The position numbers and the translations under genes are program-made. From Felis catus (lineage: Eukaryota): 64,000 bases of DNA. Below, in pieces: positions 38,189-51,787 of this stretch (the stretch's first letter is position 1; every line of letters starts with the position of its first letter). The DNA lies in contig NC_058368.1 of the NCBI RefSeq assembly GCF_018350175.1, positions 3,782,001 through 3,846,000 of the forward strand, given 5' to 3'. The notes beneath the pieces are model-generated. The model did not search any database, was not told where the DNA came from, and was given only the letters and a program-made list of their open reading frames with translations.

Positions 38189-40699
38189 GATTTCCAAAGA
38201 AAGTTACAGAATCGTGTCTGGCAACGTTAAGATTAAATTAGCCATCCAAGAGATTGAAACGATGTAGGAATACAACCGACCAAAGCCATCAAAATCTGCT
38301 AAATATCTTCTTCGATATCTTTTAACCTGTGGTTCATAGGATTTTATTTGTTTTTTCTTCAGTAGCCTTCATGTTTTGAAATAATAAACACCATTAGAAA
38401 CAAGACTTTCAGGTACTGAATTTAAATATATCTGTGAAATTCACTCATGCACAAGGATTTCATTAAGTTCAGTGAAGCAAATAAAATCTGTTGTTATGAA
38501 AGGGACCTTTGACAGCTCATAATTACATAAAAATAAATGCATCACTTGAAGAGTAGAACAAAATTAAGATGTCAGCATTGATGGATCTCATAACTAAAAT
38601 TTTCAAAAAGCACATTAAATCTCGGTAATTTCTTCCTGTTTTGTGTAGTTCTATTAAAATGGTAACAATTTTGCAGCAACTTGACAGTATTTAATTCTTA
38701 ACACATCATGAAAGTTAATTTTTAAAAATGATAGACTAAAACATATTATATTGAAATCTACTCAGTTAATTAAACCATGAAAAACTAAGATGGCAATCGC
38801 CATAGGAAATCAACTTAAATCAAAACCTGGGCTAAATGTATAGAATATAAATAAATGATTGGCTGTAACACTTACAAGGAGAGATTACAACCTTAAAACT
38901 AAAAGCATCATTATATAAGTTAAAATTTTGTAAAACAAAAAGGGGAAATTGGTATTTTCTAGGGAGCTGTTCAAGTGGGTCAGTCAAGTTTGGGCGGGAA
39001 ACTTGACAAAGAACTTGAAGGCTTGGTGCGGTCATGTTAGTGCAACGTCTCAACAGTTCAACTCCTACCACCAAAGAATATTGTTCCAGAATAGAGGTAG
39101 TGCTTGGGGTTGATTTAAAAAATCACTTGTTAGCCTTTTCTCCCGTCTCTCCCCCTCCCTGTGCACCTTCCCCGCGCCTACAGCTTTCCTGTTCAGAAGG
39201 CCCTCTTCCATTCTTCGGTGTCTAACTTGTCTGCCCTTGTCAATCAGCTGTCAGGAGGATTAACTGGGAGATAAATTAATTTCTAATCTATAAATAACTC
39301 TACCAAAACCTAGCACATTCCCCCCTGGCTCCCCACAGCTGGATCTCAGAATGTCACAGACACCAAAACAGTCTGATAATGCTGGAACTTAATTGAAACC
39401 TCTGTGGAAATAATGATCTGAAAAACAATTCATTTTCACGGAATGAAACTTGCTGAAGTCACATTCTAAAAATGACTCCTATAATATTTCTAGATTTTTA
39501 TTCTCAGAAACCAATACCCGATACCTATAAGGTGATGCTAAGCAACTTCACCTTTCTGGTAAGGCTTTGTAAACATCGATTCTTTACGTAGTTTGTTTAG
39601 CGTGATTCTGATTAGGTTAGATTGACTGCATATAAATTTGGAATATATATTTTACTATTTAATCTTTATGACATCATTACCGATATCTTCATTGGAAACA
39701 TTGATTAGTGGTCTTTGTTGTATTTGTTACAAGTCCTCTTTCATAATATGTCTTTTGGGTAGCTTGAAGTAGGATTTTCCCAGATCAAGAAGGTAGTGAA
39801 GGCCACTCTCAGCAGTGATCGTAGCAAGAGTCTTTTTGATAAGTTATCAGTCGCCAGCAATAGTTAGGGCTGGTAAGTATTACAGACTTCATTTAAAACC
39901 TAAATCTCGGATCGAAATCTGTCACACATACATTCGTTACAAAATAGACACGGAACAGTTCTATGGCCAGTTCTGCAAGTTACCTCAAGCCCACAGCACC
40001 TTCCACAAAGTTCCACCCAAAACAAATGTGACAATATTCCCTTTGTAGAACTGTGCTAATCATATAGCTCATGGATTATCTTCCAACTCAGTGACTGAAC
40101 ATGAGATCACTTAGCAACCCTATCCAAAGCTCCACTTCTAGGCTACTTGACTCTCACCATTCTAGTGTCCTCATGTGCTTATGCAAGTGTGCTCAACATG
40201 TTCCTAGCCAATTTATAGATCTTAAAACGTTGTGAATTTCACTGGTCAACGCGATTTCCGTAACCATTCTGCTTACCAACAAGCCACACTTTTCATCAAA
40301 GAAACCCATTTCTAACACGCATGATGCTCACTTACTGGCTGCATATGGAGACAGGGGAAGCCCTACGGTAGCTACTTCTCAAACGTGGTGCTTCAGGGAG
40401 GGAAGGAACACAGTGTAGGGGACCGGGGGAAAAAGCCAGACTTCTCTAATTACCCCTTGATTTATAGGCCTGACACTGAAATTGTGACACTGACTTACAT
40501 ATTCGGTAAAAAACACAAAAAAAGAAACTGCCAAGCAACCTTAACTTGTTCTCAGTAACCATGGTGCTGATAACACAATTGGTGCTAGCACCCTGAAACT
40601 GCCATTATCCTGTGTGGGCCAACGATGCCAGTCTTCAGTACACAACCAACAGGAACGTTTGCACAGTGTACCACAAGTCGTGTACCAGACTACTCACGG

Positions 40700-41190
40700 A
40701 GTCGAAAGGGGGAAACAAGACAAAAAGTCCATCAGCGGTTAAACAAACTGTGTTCTAACTCTTCAATTGTGACTCAAAGCAACAAAAATGAACTGCTGCT
40801 AAATACAACAGAAATGAGGTTCGTAAACAATAATGTTCAGGGGAAGCCAAACACAAATCTATGTATCTCTGTATCTATATCTCTAAGCATCTATCTATCT
40901 ATCTATCCACCTATCTATCTATCATTTGTCCATCACAGGATTTCATTTAAAGTCCCCAAGACAGGCGAACCTAAACTTTTTTTCTTGTTAGAAATCAAAA
41001 CAGGGGTTGGCACTGAGTAAGAAGGAGGGAGCCATACCGAGAGGGAGCACGAATGAATTCACTTGAGTGCTGATAAATTTCTGTTTTTTTGGTCTGAATG
41101 TTGGGTATGTGGACATTCACAAAGTGACAACTCACTGAGTTTTTACATTTATGCCCTGTGCTCTTTTCTGTATTTTGTTTTATTTAAAAT
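40700..41190 (+). mobile_element. Ancient L1 3' UTR (L1ME/MC-like) with a (TCTA)n patch at ~40890-40923
   Basis: aaaatgaactgctgcta...gaagccaaacacaa...tgctgataaatttctgttttt...cactgagtttttacatttatg. Confidence 0.7.
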
Positions 41191-43616
41191 TCCTTTTAAG
41201 GAAATGGCTGCATTCATTTACACTTGAAAATGTTCAAGTTTGATTTAAAATTTTATTTAAAAGAGACGTTTGATTTTAAAACCAAATTATTCGAGATTTT
41301 AAGACAGAATCCACAATATTATCAATCCATGCCCCAGCTTCACAATGCACTGTGTTACATTTCTGGATGTCTACTTAGATAATATGATTATTTAATTTAA
41401 TAACTTGATAATAACAGTAATGTGCAAAATTTGCCATAGCTTACAGCCAATACAGAATAGAAAAATGAAAGAGATAGTAAACAATAAAATAGGAAGAATG
41501 AACTTTGGCTGAGTTTACTGTTGGAAAAGTAAGCTGTAGGAGTCTGGTTCACTTAAAGGATGTTCTACCCTGGGCCTGTAACTCATAGACATATCTTGGC
41601 AATTTTACCCTTTATTCCTAGGAAAATAAACGAATAAAATACTAAGAATGTTAAGAGAAAGGACTTTACAAATGTCCATTAAACGGAGCAAAGACACTGC
41701 TCAGAGACTCTGAGGCACCGGGTCTCCCATTTTTCCTTTGATGAAAATGCCACCTTTCTGACTTTAGGTTTGGTTCAAGAAGCAGGTAACTTTATTTACC
41801 CTAGAAGGTAAATGTCACGTAGACAGCGGCCATCAGTTCTTCCTGAATAGTGCAGAAAACCCACATTGAAAGGATCACGGCACAGCTCAGAATGAAGTTT
41901 CGCCATTCCGGCAACATCCCACCTCTCCCAGATGTCCAGTCCCTCGCATCTGTGCTGCCACCTCTATTCCAAACATGGCTCCTGACACCTGGGCAGTGAC
42001 CGTCAGGAGACGGTGTGCTGAGCCACAGTGCAGATGCCCCCAGTCAGCCATGACCACAACAAACCGAGCCTTGACCAAAACTCACACAGCGGAGAATGTG
42101 TATTGACAAGGCCTTATCACCTTGCTGTTGCTCTAAGGGACCCACGGAAACAAAACACGGTATTTGGCCAGTTGTTCATGACCTGGCTGACCACCAATTA
42201 TTTCTTACATGGGTTCACGTGGTAGCTCTTCTTCCATCATAGATGAACACGGTTCCTACTCACAGTGACAATTACCCAGGGAATCCCAAGTTGAGGGAGT
42301 AAGGTCAAGCTCATTGTCAGCTCAATGATGGACTACGAAACACACACCACCCCATATGCAGACAGTAGTGGGCACTTCAGCAATTGTTTTCTCTTTGCAT
42401 TGTTAAGACATGCTACTGATGAAATTACCTGTAATTATGATCTTGATAGTTATGGAAATTTCAATGGAAATGAAGGGTGGAATTATCGCCTAAACCCTGC
42501 CAATGCATTTCTTTTTTTCCTGGCTGATCCAAGGCTCTGGTAGAATTGCTTTCTGGGATGAATGGTGGCACAGGATACCAAGGTGAAGGGTACTCACACC
42601 TTGACATAATACAGTGTTAATCAGTGTGGGAAAAGGAAAGACATTTCTTTGTTTTAAATTATCTTGAATGGTTGGAAAATCGGTTTCATAATAATAGACA
42701 GGCACACTAACATTAGTACTCTGGAGAAGTCTATGCAGATGAACTGACTAGAATGAAACTCTGAAAATGCTAACAGTGGTTGTATTAGGTTAGTGGATAT
42801 TGAAATTTGTTTCTATGTCTGTATTTTCCAAATGCGTTATAAGATTAACTTATTTTAATGATTTAAAAAGTAAATATGCTAGTAGGTATTATATATGAAA
42901 ATATATTCTAAGAATAATGGAATCAAAATCACATGTATATCTATACACCCACATATGTAAATATAAAAATATATAGTTAGATAATTAGTAGGTTATGATC
43001 TTCTCACCTGAATGGTAGAAAAGCAGGCAACCTTTTATACATGAACAGATAGAATTAGTATCTTAATTTTAATGATATCTTTCTGAGAGTCATTTTAGCT
43101 TTTGTTTCAATTACTATTCAATTTTGTTCAATTATTTATATGAATATAATTGCTTCACATACCCATCTTCGAGGGATGGATATCTTCTAACATTATATTG
43201 ATGCTAATGTTATCTGCTAACATTATATTGGTGCTTCATGTTATGTCTGGTGAATTTCATTGAATTTAGTTGCATTTTTAAGTTTTACATTGTTTAAAAA
43301 TATGTAGTAGAGTGATTCATTTCCCAATAATGTATAGATCGAATTCCAAAAATTCAAATTATATCTCACGCAATGGTTTAATAGTAGGAAGTTGTTAACT
43401 AGTAATTTGCTTTTTCAAAAGTACTGGAAACCTATCCCCTTATTTAACATTCAGGAAGCAAAGCAAAGACTAAAAAAGAGAAATGCTTGACTTCACACAC
43501 CCAAGGTAATATTTAGTCGCATATTCTTCAAACTTCCAACTTTTGCACTCACTGAGAGAGGCATACCTATTTTTTAGATAAAAGTTATTACTCTACAAGA
43601 CTGCTTAATATTTGTC

Positions 43617-43833
43617 TTTTTTTTTAAGTTTATTTATTTATTGAGAGAGAGAGAGAGAGGAAGAGAGAGAGAAAAGCAAGGGAGGGGCAGAGAGAGAGAG
43701 AGAGAATCCCAAGCAGATTCGTCACTGGCAGCACAGAGCCCAATGCAAGGCTCAAACTCACGAACCTTGGGATCATGTCCTGAGCCAAAACCAAGAGTTG
43801 GATGCTTAACCAACTGAGCCACCCTGGTACCCC
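43617..43833 (-). mobile_element. CAN-SINE
   Basis: Antisense body; TSD tttgtctttt. Confidence 0.93.
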
Positions 43834-43849
43834 TTTGTCTTTTTTATCA

Positions 43850-44390
43850 ACAATACATCATGGACACATTTTTAAGTCAACATAAACTGACCTCATAGTT
43901 TTAATGACTGACTCATGTTCCACTGAACAGTTATATAATAATTCACTTAACCAATGCCTTATTGATTAGAAATTACAGTCCTTTACTAATTTTCACTACA
44001 ACTCACAACATTATGACAATCTCGAAGTTCATCTGTGCAACACTGTCTAAATGTTATTTTAAGAAAAATTTGTAGTAGCAGAATCATTGTTCCAAATGAG
44101 CCTATAGTGCTTAAAAGTTTTTGATGGATAGTTTAATTTGTCTTCCAAAAATCTTGTGCCAAAAGAAAACTCTCATTAGCAGTTTATGAGATTGTCATTT
44201 ATCAAAAACCTTTATAACGTTGAATGCTATATGTTTTTTTTTAAATATTTGCCAATCTGAAGAATAGATATCTTGTTTTTATCATCACTTTGTTATTTAT
44301 TAAATGATGGAATCTTTTCCTTACAGCTGTTGACCATTTATGTTTCTCTGTGTATGTATTGCCTATTTGTGTCCTTTACTGTTATACGAA
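43850..44390 (-). mobile_element. Ancient L1 (L1ME-like) fragment
   Basis: tttttaatgactg...ataattcacttaaccaat...tttgccaatctga...tattgcctatttgtgtccttt. Confidence 0.6.
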
Positions 44391-44398
44391 TAGCTTAC

Positions 44399-44438
44399 AA
44401 TTTAATTTAATTTAATTTAATTTAATTTAATTTAATTT
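44399..44438. repeat. (TTTAA)n pentanucleotide repeat
   Basis: About 7 perfect units. Confidence 0.95.
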
Positions 44439-44829
44439 CCATTATCAGCTTCATTCTTTAAAAATCCCAAGTTCATAGGACAGTATTTCTCAGTGAGGCA
44501 CCACTGGCACTCAGAAAAAGACAAGTCTTCATTCAGAAGAATCGTCTACATACTTCAGGATATTAATTGCACAAGGACCCTAAATGCCACCAGCGCTCCA
44601 GGCTGCCTAACAACCCAAACGTCCCCACTTATTTCCAGATACTCCCCCAAGAAAGCAACAGTACTGCCCCTTTGGTTGAAAATTATTTAACTGGATATCT
44701 CTGCTTTCCTTTTACTCCTAATTTCTAGTATCATCCCAGGTGTATTGACCATTGTAAACAGTATCCTTATCATTACCTTTTAGCTGCCTGTGAACATTTG
44801 GGTACATTATCAAATTTCACCTTATGGCT

Positions 44830-45505
44830 CAGTACAAAAATAAACTCAAATTACATTAAAGACCTAAATGTGAGACCTAAATCCATAAAACTCCTAGGAG
44901 ACAGCACAGGCAGCAATTACTCTGACATTGGCCATAGTAACTGTTTCCAGATACATCTCCTGAGGCAAGGGAAACAAAAGCAAAAACTCAACTATTGGAA
45001 TTGCATCAACATAAGGAGCTTTTGCACAGCAAAGGAAACCATCAACAAAGCAAAATAGCAACCTACTGAAGGGGAGAAGATATTGGCAAATGATCTATCC
45101 AGTAAGGGGTTAAGATCCAAAATATATAAAGAGCTTTAAAAACACAACACCAAAAAACAAAAAAGAAATCAATCTGCTTAAAAAATGGGCAGTGGAACTG
45201 AACATTCTTCCAAAGACCGACAGACACACGAAAAGATGCTCAACATCACTAATCATCAGGGAAACGCAAATCAAAACGGCAATGGGCTGTCACTGTACAC
45301 CTGTTAGGATGGCTGAAATGAACAAGCCAAGAAATAGTAAATGTTGGTGAGGCCTTGGAGAAAGCGAAATCCTGGCGCACTGTTGATGGGGATGTAGACT
45401 GGTGCAACTCCTGTGGAAAACGGTATAGAGTTTCCTCAAAAAATTAAAAATAGAAATGCCATATGATCCAAAGACAAGAAATACCATACGATCCGGTCAT
45501 TCCAA
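44830..45505 (+). mobile_element. Carnivore L1 ORF2 3' fragment
   Basis: aaagacctaaatgtgagacct, gcttttgcacagcaaaggaaaccatcaacaa, atgctcaacatcactaatcatcagggaa, ttcctcaaaaaattaaaaatagaa. Confidence 0.9.
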
Positions 45506-46409
45506 ATTTCCCCAAGAAAAGAAATCCCCCCCCTTTTAGGATCCACGAGCATTCAAAAGCATGTGAGTATCATGGAATACCATCACGCATCACTTCACCA
45601 TTACTCAGATCCCCCGTCATGATCCACGACGACAAAGCAAGCAGCCTGAGTCCGGATTCCTTCCTCAAGTGGCTGACTCGGCCCCACACCACGGATTCCA
45701 TGGATGTCTGCCCACATGTGATTAGAGCAACCTACTCACATTGAGACACCAGCTCCAGCTCAGTTTGCAGCTTCCCTGCGTCTCTATGAGAGAAGAGGAT
45801 GGGAAAAAAATGTGAGTTTGCAAATCCAGGGTCCATCGTATCATCATTATACTTTGTGTGGTTCTCTTAAATTTTCTTTCTCTTCTAAAATTCAAAACAC
45901 GTCTAATGTTTTCTTTGATCCTTTATTTCCTTCATTTTGTCCTTCAAACAGCCAAGACTAAATTACTTTGGGCAATTTAGGATTTTGAAGTTATACAGCT
46001 AACTTTATTCTATGACTCTGTCATTATAAACTATTTAAAGCTTACATTCTTCTGTCAACATAAGGACCAAGCTAGTCTTTGTAGGCTCTCCCATAAGAAA
46101 CAGAACCTTATCATATTTTTATTCCTTTCACTACTCGCTCTCAATGTATAATAGGTTTCTTAAATATTCAATAATATTTCTAGAGATAATACATGGTGGT
46201 ATAGTTTGGGAGTCTTCACGCATTTGAAAATATCCCTTTTGCTGTTTGGCATAAATGTTGTATTGGCCAAAGTCAAATCCTACTAAGTCATAAACTGAAA
46301 ATGTGTTCATCATCTTCCAATATTTAATATTAACACAAAAATTCTAAAGTAAAGCTGATTCCATCTCCTTACTAACCATTTATTTTTTCTTTCTAGATAT
46401 TGTCAGTAA

Positions 46410-46638
46410 TTTTTTTTTTTTTATGGGGCTCTTGGGTGGCTCGGTCCATTAAGCATTTGAGTCTTGATTTCTGAACAGGTCATTATCTCACAGTCATGAG
46501 ATCGAATCCCGGTGGGTTTCATGCTGACAGCCGGGAGCCTGCTTGGGATTCTCTCTCTCTGCCCCCCGTTGGACTTGATCCCATAAACAGTGAGATCATG
46601 AGTCTGACGCCCAACCAACTGAGCCACCCAGGAACCCC
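46410..46638. mobile_element. Composite SINE: polyT, + SINE (46425-46566), then - SINE head (46567-46638)
   Basis: Opposed heads joined centrally; cagtaa on both flanks. Confidence 0.85.
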
Positions 46639-46644
46639 AGTAAA

Positions 46645-46865
46645 TTCTCTTTTTTATTGAAGTATAGTTGACATACAGTATTATATTAGTTTCAGGTGCA
46701 CAACACATTGATTTGGCATTTATATACATTATGAAATGCTCACTACAATAAACGTAGTTACCATCTGTTGCCATCCGGCATTATTACAATATTATTGACT
46801 GTATTCTCTATCTTGTACTTCACACCCATGTGGCTTACTTAGTTTATAATCGGAAGCTTGTTTTT
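46645..46865 (-). mobile_element. Carnivore L1 3' end
   Basis: ttgaagtatagttgacatac...ttagtttcaggtgcacaaca...gtagttaccatctgt...attattgactgtattc. Confidence 0.88.
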
Positions 46866-47732
46866 GCTATTCCAGTTTTTAAATTACGATCTCTTTCATT
46901 CTGCTTGAACATGGTGAAATTTTAAGTAAATATCCATATCTTTCTTCATCTTAAGAGAAATTTTCTCATTTTTTTCCCCCACTGCCGCGTCTCCTCTTGC
47001 ATTAGGTCCATTTTTCTTCTCTCTCTTAACTCCCATTATGTACTAATTGTATCTTCACAATCTATCACCCAGGTAGTTTGTCTTTTCTCCCCTAATTACC
47101 ATTTGTTTCTTTTACTTGCATGTTAGGAGAAGAATTTTTCTCTTACTCGGTCTTACATAGATTTTTTTTTCTTTTTTTTTACTTAAGTGCTGGTAATACT
47201 TGGACTTGTCACCTTTCAAAGACTTTAGGCTCTCTTTTGGTCTGTTAAATCTTATTTTTATCAGAGAGGCATAATAGAGACCCGTTAATTTTCAAATAAT
47301 CCCTCATGCGAGGTGACACAAAAGAGATTTTAATGAATCGCTTTGTGGTATAATAGTGAATAATTAAGGAACGAGAAAAAAGAGAAGATAATTTTAGAAG
47401 TGAAAGCATCAAATAAAGAAAATCTGAAATGAAATGAGACGAATAAGTGGAAAAGAAACAGACGGTGGACAGAAGATGAAAAGTTGATGGCAAGAAAAAG
47501 GAAGTGAAGAAAATAATAAAGTAACACAAAACAGAAAAGAACAGGACAGGGGGAGAAAAGGAAAGTTGAAATAAAAATGTCTGTTAATCCAAAAAGGGGA
47601 AGAAGGAAAGGAGAGAGTTGAGAAGGAGTGGGCACGACATATAGTGTCTAACATTACTATGCTTCTAGAAATTACTTTGTTACAGTTTGTAAATCATATT
47701 AAATTTGATTACATTAAGATTTAGTGAAATTA

Positions 47733-47952
47733 GGGGCGCCTGGGTGGCTCAGTTGGTTAAGCGGCCGACTTCGGCTCGGGTCACGATCTCGCGGTCTGTG
47801 AGTTCGAGCCCCGCGTCGGGCTCTGTGCTGACACCTCAGAACCCGGAGCCTGTTTCAGATTCTGTGTCTCCCTCTCTCTGACCCTCCCCTGTTCATGCTC
47901 TGTCTCTCCCTGTCTCAAAAATAAATAAAACGTTAAAAAAAATTAAAAAAAA
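47733..47952 (+). mobile_element. Young felid CAN-SINE
   Basis: CpG-rich; perfect 17-bp TSD aagatttagtgaaatta at 47716-47732 and 47953-47969. Confidence 0.97.
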
Positions 47953-48635
47953 AAGATTTAGTGAAATTAAACAGTGGTACAAGATGATGTCCATAATTTT
48001 AACTATTCTAAATTTGGAGTTTGGTTTTCTCCTGTAAAAATTCAATGAAAATATACAGTAAATAAAGGATAAGAAATGTAGAAAGCTAACAGGAAGAGGA
48101 CTAAAGGTATATTATTCTATTGGATAAGTTTTCAGGAATAACATATTTTTTCAGGCTGCAATGATTACTTTTAGACACTGAGGCACACTTAATATACTGA
48201 AAGAATAATACACAAATGATGTTGGGGCATAAAGAGTCCATTCTGTTTCCGAATATGTCTGACTGCTCCCAATATGTTTACGCACTGGAAAAAATCTGGG
48301 TCATCAACTTTCATTATTAGGTAATCAAAATGATTTCAATAAAGTGAAAGAAAAGAGAAGAGATCTAAAGAAAGGTACGTTCATTTTACTGAAACTTCAA
48401 AGTCTATCACTATATAGCAAATCATTTAACAGACCATCTCTCATAGACATTATGAGATTAGAATGAAAAATTAGATGTGAGAACTCTAAAATGAAAATCT
48501 TCTACAAAACCAAATGTTACTATGGTTGAGGAATGAACTTCAAGGAGAAATTGGAAATGTTCACCACGCAAAATAACTGAATTGAACAAAAGAAAAAAAT
48601 AAGTGACTGTGTGGTCGTTGCACGGAACACTTGTT

Positions 48636-48850
48636 ATTATTTTGTTTAACGTTTATTTATTTTTGAGACAGAGAGAGACAGAGCATGAACGGGGGAGGGG
48701 CAGAGAAAGAGGGAGACACAGAATCGGAAGCAGGCTCCAGGCTCTGAGCCATCAGCCCAGAGCCTGACGCGGGGCTCAAACTCACGGACCGCGAGATCGT
48801 GACCCGAGCTGAAGTCGGACGCTTAACCGACTGAGCTACCCAGGCACACC
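48636..48850 (-). mobile_element. Felid CAN-SINE
   Basis: Near-consensus; TSD gaacacttgtt. Confidence 0.96.
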
Positions 48851-49409
48851 AGAACACTTGTTGTTAACGATGGCCCTATTGGAACTCAGAAACAAAATTC
48901 CCCTGCGTTGTTCATTGATTTCCTTAATGATAATAAAAAGAAATATTCTGAAATAACTCAAGTTTATAAAAATTAAGAGTATGCAAAGATCGTCTGGAAC
49001 AGCTATCATCTTTGATGGGTACAGGAATAGTCTTTAAAAGTACTCTTATTTATTGTGTAATATATTTTTGCACCAATAAAATACTGCAGAAATAGTATTG
49101 GACTTGAAAGAGACTTCTGTCCCTGTGAATCATGATTTATAATATGTAGATTGAACAAGAAAGTCCTGCAAAATACACACGTAGAGAGCCATGAAATCAA
49201 TTAGGGAGTTGTGTTCCTGAGTCAGTACCAAGTGACCCACAGACTTAGGGAAGTACGCCCCAGCCTAAAACCCCAGTGCCCTAGCAAAGGAAAGAAAGTG
49301 TAACGGTCATAAATGTAATCGAAGTGTCATTCCACGCGAAATCATTTAATGAAATCACAAACCATATGTCTTTTTAGTTTGAAATTATGTAAAACTTGGC
49401 TGAGTTTTT

Positions 49410-49618
49410 TTTTTTAACGTTTATTTATCTTTGAGACAGAGAGAGACAGAGCATGAACGGGGGAGGGGTAGAGAGAGAGGGAGACACAGAATCTGAAACA
49501 GGCTCCAGGCTCCGAGCCATCAGCCCAGAGCCCGACGCGGGGCTCGAACTCACGAACTGTGAGATCATGACCTGAGCCGAAGTCGGACGCTTAACTGACT
49601 GAGCCACCCAGGCGCCCC
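49410..49618 (-). mobile_element. Young felid CAN-SINE
   Basis: Near-consensus; perfect TSD aaaacttggctgagttttt at 49391-49409 and 49619-49637. Confidence 0.97.
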
Positions 49619-49707
49619 AAAACTTGGCTGAGTTTTTAAGACAGAAAATGAAAACCCAAGAATAAAATGTGGCACCATTAAATTTTACTCCCTCAATACC
49701 ACATCTG

Positions 49708-50085
49708 TGTGGTAGATTGCATTACTGTTCCAAGCTACTTGTCTTCCCTTTCTTTTAGATTCTAAACAAGTTACAGGATTATACACATCTACCTGTGACC
49801 AAGTGGCCTCCAGTGTCTTGAGAGGGATACGCATTTGCGATGAGGCTCGGTTGGTATTCGGATCGGGCTGGTGACTTCCTTTGGGATACGAATGTCCTTG
49901 GGCTGACACGTGTCGGGCGGAAAGAGAAGCTTTCTGGTACATGGTGTGTTTCCATCAGCTCTCTGGATTTTTCCCTTAGGGACAGCTTGCCTCCAATAAA
50001 GGCCCCTCCTTTAACCTGGATCCTAGGACGAGAAAACCTGTGACACAGAGCAGTAGTAGCATGAGTAGTAACAATGACCGATACA
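49708..50085 (+). mobile_element. MaLR solo LTR (MLT1I/J-like)
   Basis: Starts tgtggtagattgcattactgttcc, has ggtgacttcctttgg and cctttaacctggatccta, ends tgaccgataca. Confidence 0.75.
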
Positions 50086-51787
50086 CAACACTAGAGAAAA
50101 GTACCTTGTAAGTCACTGCCTTACAAAAAAATAACCACGCCATTAAATCCCACCGCTAATATTTCCGGGTTCCCCTTACGCCACCAACCACCTTTTCAAA
50201 CCACACCTATACCAAGTATCCGAAGAAATCGCATGGAAACAAACAAGTCCACTCAAGAGGACCTTCACCTTCTGCTCTTGAGTCTTCGACAAATACACAC
50301 AAATTTCAATCAGGAACATGAGTGGTGAACACTCGGATCAAAGACTCTACAGCCCAAATATGAATTCGTTACAACAGGTAACGGTGCTTAAGCCCCCTTT
50401 CCATCTGCCACGCATCAACAGTTATTTCTTGGACACCTGTAAAGAGAGGTCCCCCTTGTGCCCATAAAGCAGTCTGTCACCGGCAGGCACTGTGATGCGT
50501 CCACCCCGTTTTCCCCAGCTCGTAGTTACCCACGTCAAGGGACTTGTCGCTGACTCTCCCTCAGCCTCTGGCCCTTGGGGCTGCAGAATATCGATGGGGA
50601 CCCCTTCAAGAAGTGGAGGCCAACTCCCCAACTTTGAATCGCTTAGTTATAAGGCCCTGGAGTGATTCTCCTGGGGCACAAAGGCCCATAAAGTCCCTTT
50701 TGAATAGTTTCATTATCTTTTCTTGCCTTGAGAAAATTCTTGACACTGCGTGAATAAGTGAGGAAAAAAAACCAAGGGAAAACATTAATTTTTCTAATAA
50801 AGTCCAATATTAGGTTAAAGGAATATATTTTATTTTGGAATAATTCATTGAACACGGTTGGATATTAAAATAACCTTCTTAACGAAATATTAGACAGAAA
50901 TAGAACCAAAAGTGTTTTACTCGTTCTTTTCGGCAAAAGAAAAAAAAAAATACAACCTCCTATGTAGTCCTATATTGTTTAAATTGACATTTTTCTGTCC
51001 AGACTCTGGCCTTACACGAGCAGAGTCCCACAGCATTATACATGTCTAATCATTTTTTCTCACAAGCCTCTTTGGAATATTTGCAAAGATCCACTACTCT
51101 ATTAAAAGTACACCACACCACATGTATATTTTAAGTGCCACATTATGTGAGTATGAACGTGGTATTTAAATATTATGTATATACGAACATATATATGGGA
51201 AGCACTTTCCAACAAACGTCAGCTAGTTGGGACATTTAGAAGTATCTTCCTTATATTAACTTCTTGTTGGAACAGCCAGTGAAAAGCGGCCCATATTAGC
51301 CTTGGCGGGGGGCGGGGGGGGGGGAAGTCCAACTAAAAAATAACTTATTGGATCCTAGCAATTGGGCTCTGTTAATTTTACAAACCTTAACTCATTTATT
51401 TCTTACCACATGCCTATGAATTAAGTTCTAATTTTTACCCTATGCTGTGTAGACTAGGAAGTGGAGATATAAGACTTTAAGTCATTTAACCAAGTTCCTC
51501 TAGTGACCAGTAGAAAGAGATCAGAGCGCCTGGATTTCTGGACCCAGACAGGCTCTTGAGATCACGTGAGACTTCAGTTACACACTCCTAGGGTTACTGA
51601 TGTTCCGAATCATCAGCTTTTAGAACTACCGTGATTTTAGGGAGTACACATTGCCTACGGGTAAGAAACACAGGCACATTCAAAACTCTAGCCTTTCTTG
51701 TGACACAGTCACTAATACAGAAAATTGAACATTTAAAATAAAATAGACAACGGCACTTTTAAAGATTAATTTTAAAAATAAATTTTA

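Noticed and set aside
41768..41785. Possible 18-nt + strand microexon (tttag|GTTTGGTTCAAGAAGCAG|gtaact); similar 12-nt - strand candidate near 15680-15691
   Set aside because: No host coding gene context; such motifs arise readily by chance
44798..45487. ORFs with L1 ORF2-like peptides (KDLNVRPKSIKLL, SFCTAKETINK)
   Set aside because: Frameshifted fragments of a dead L1
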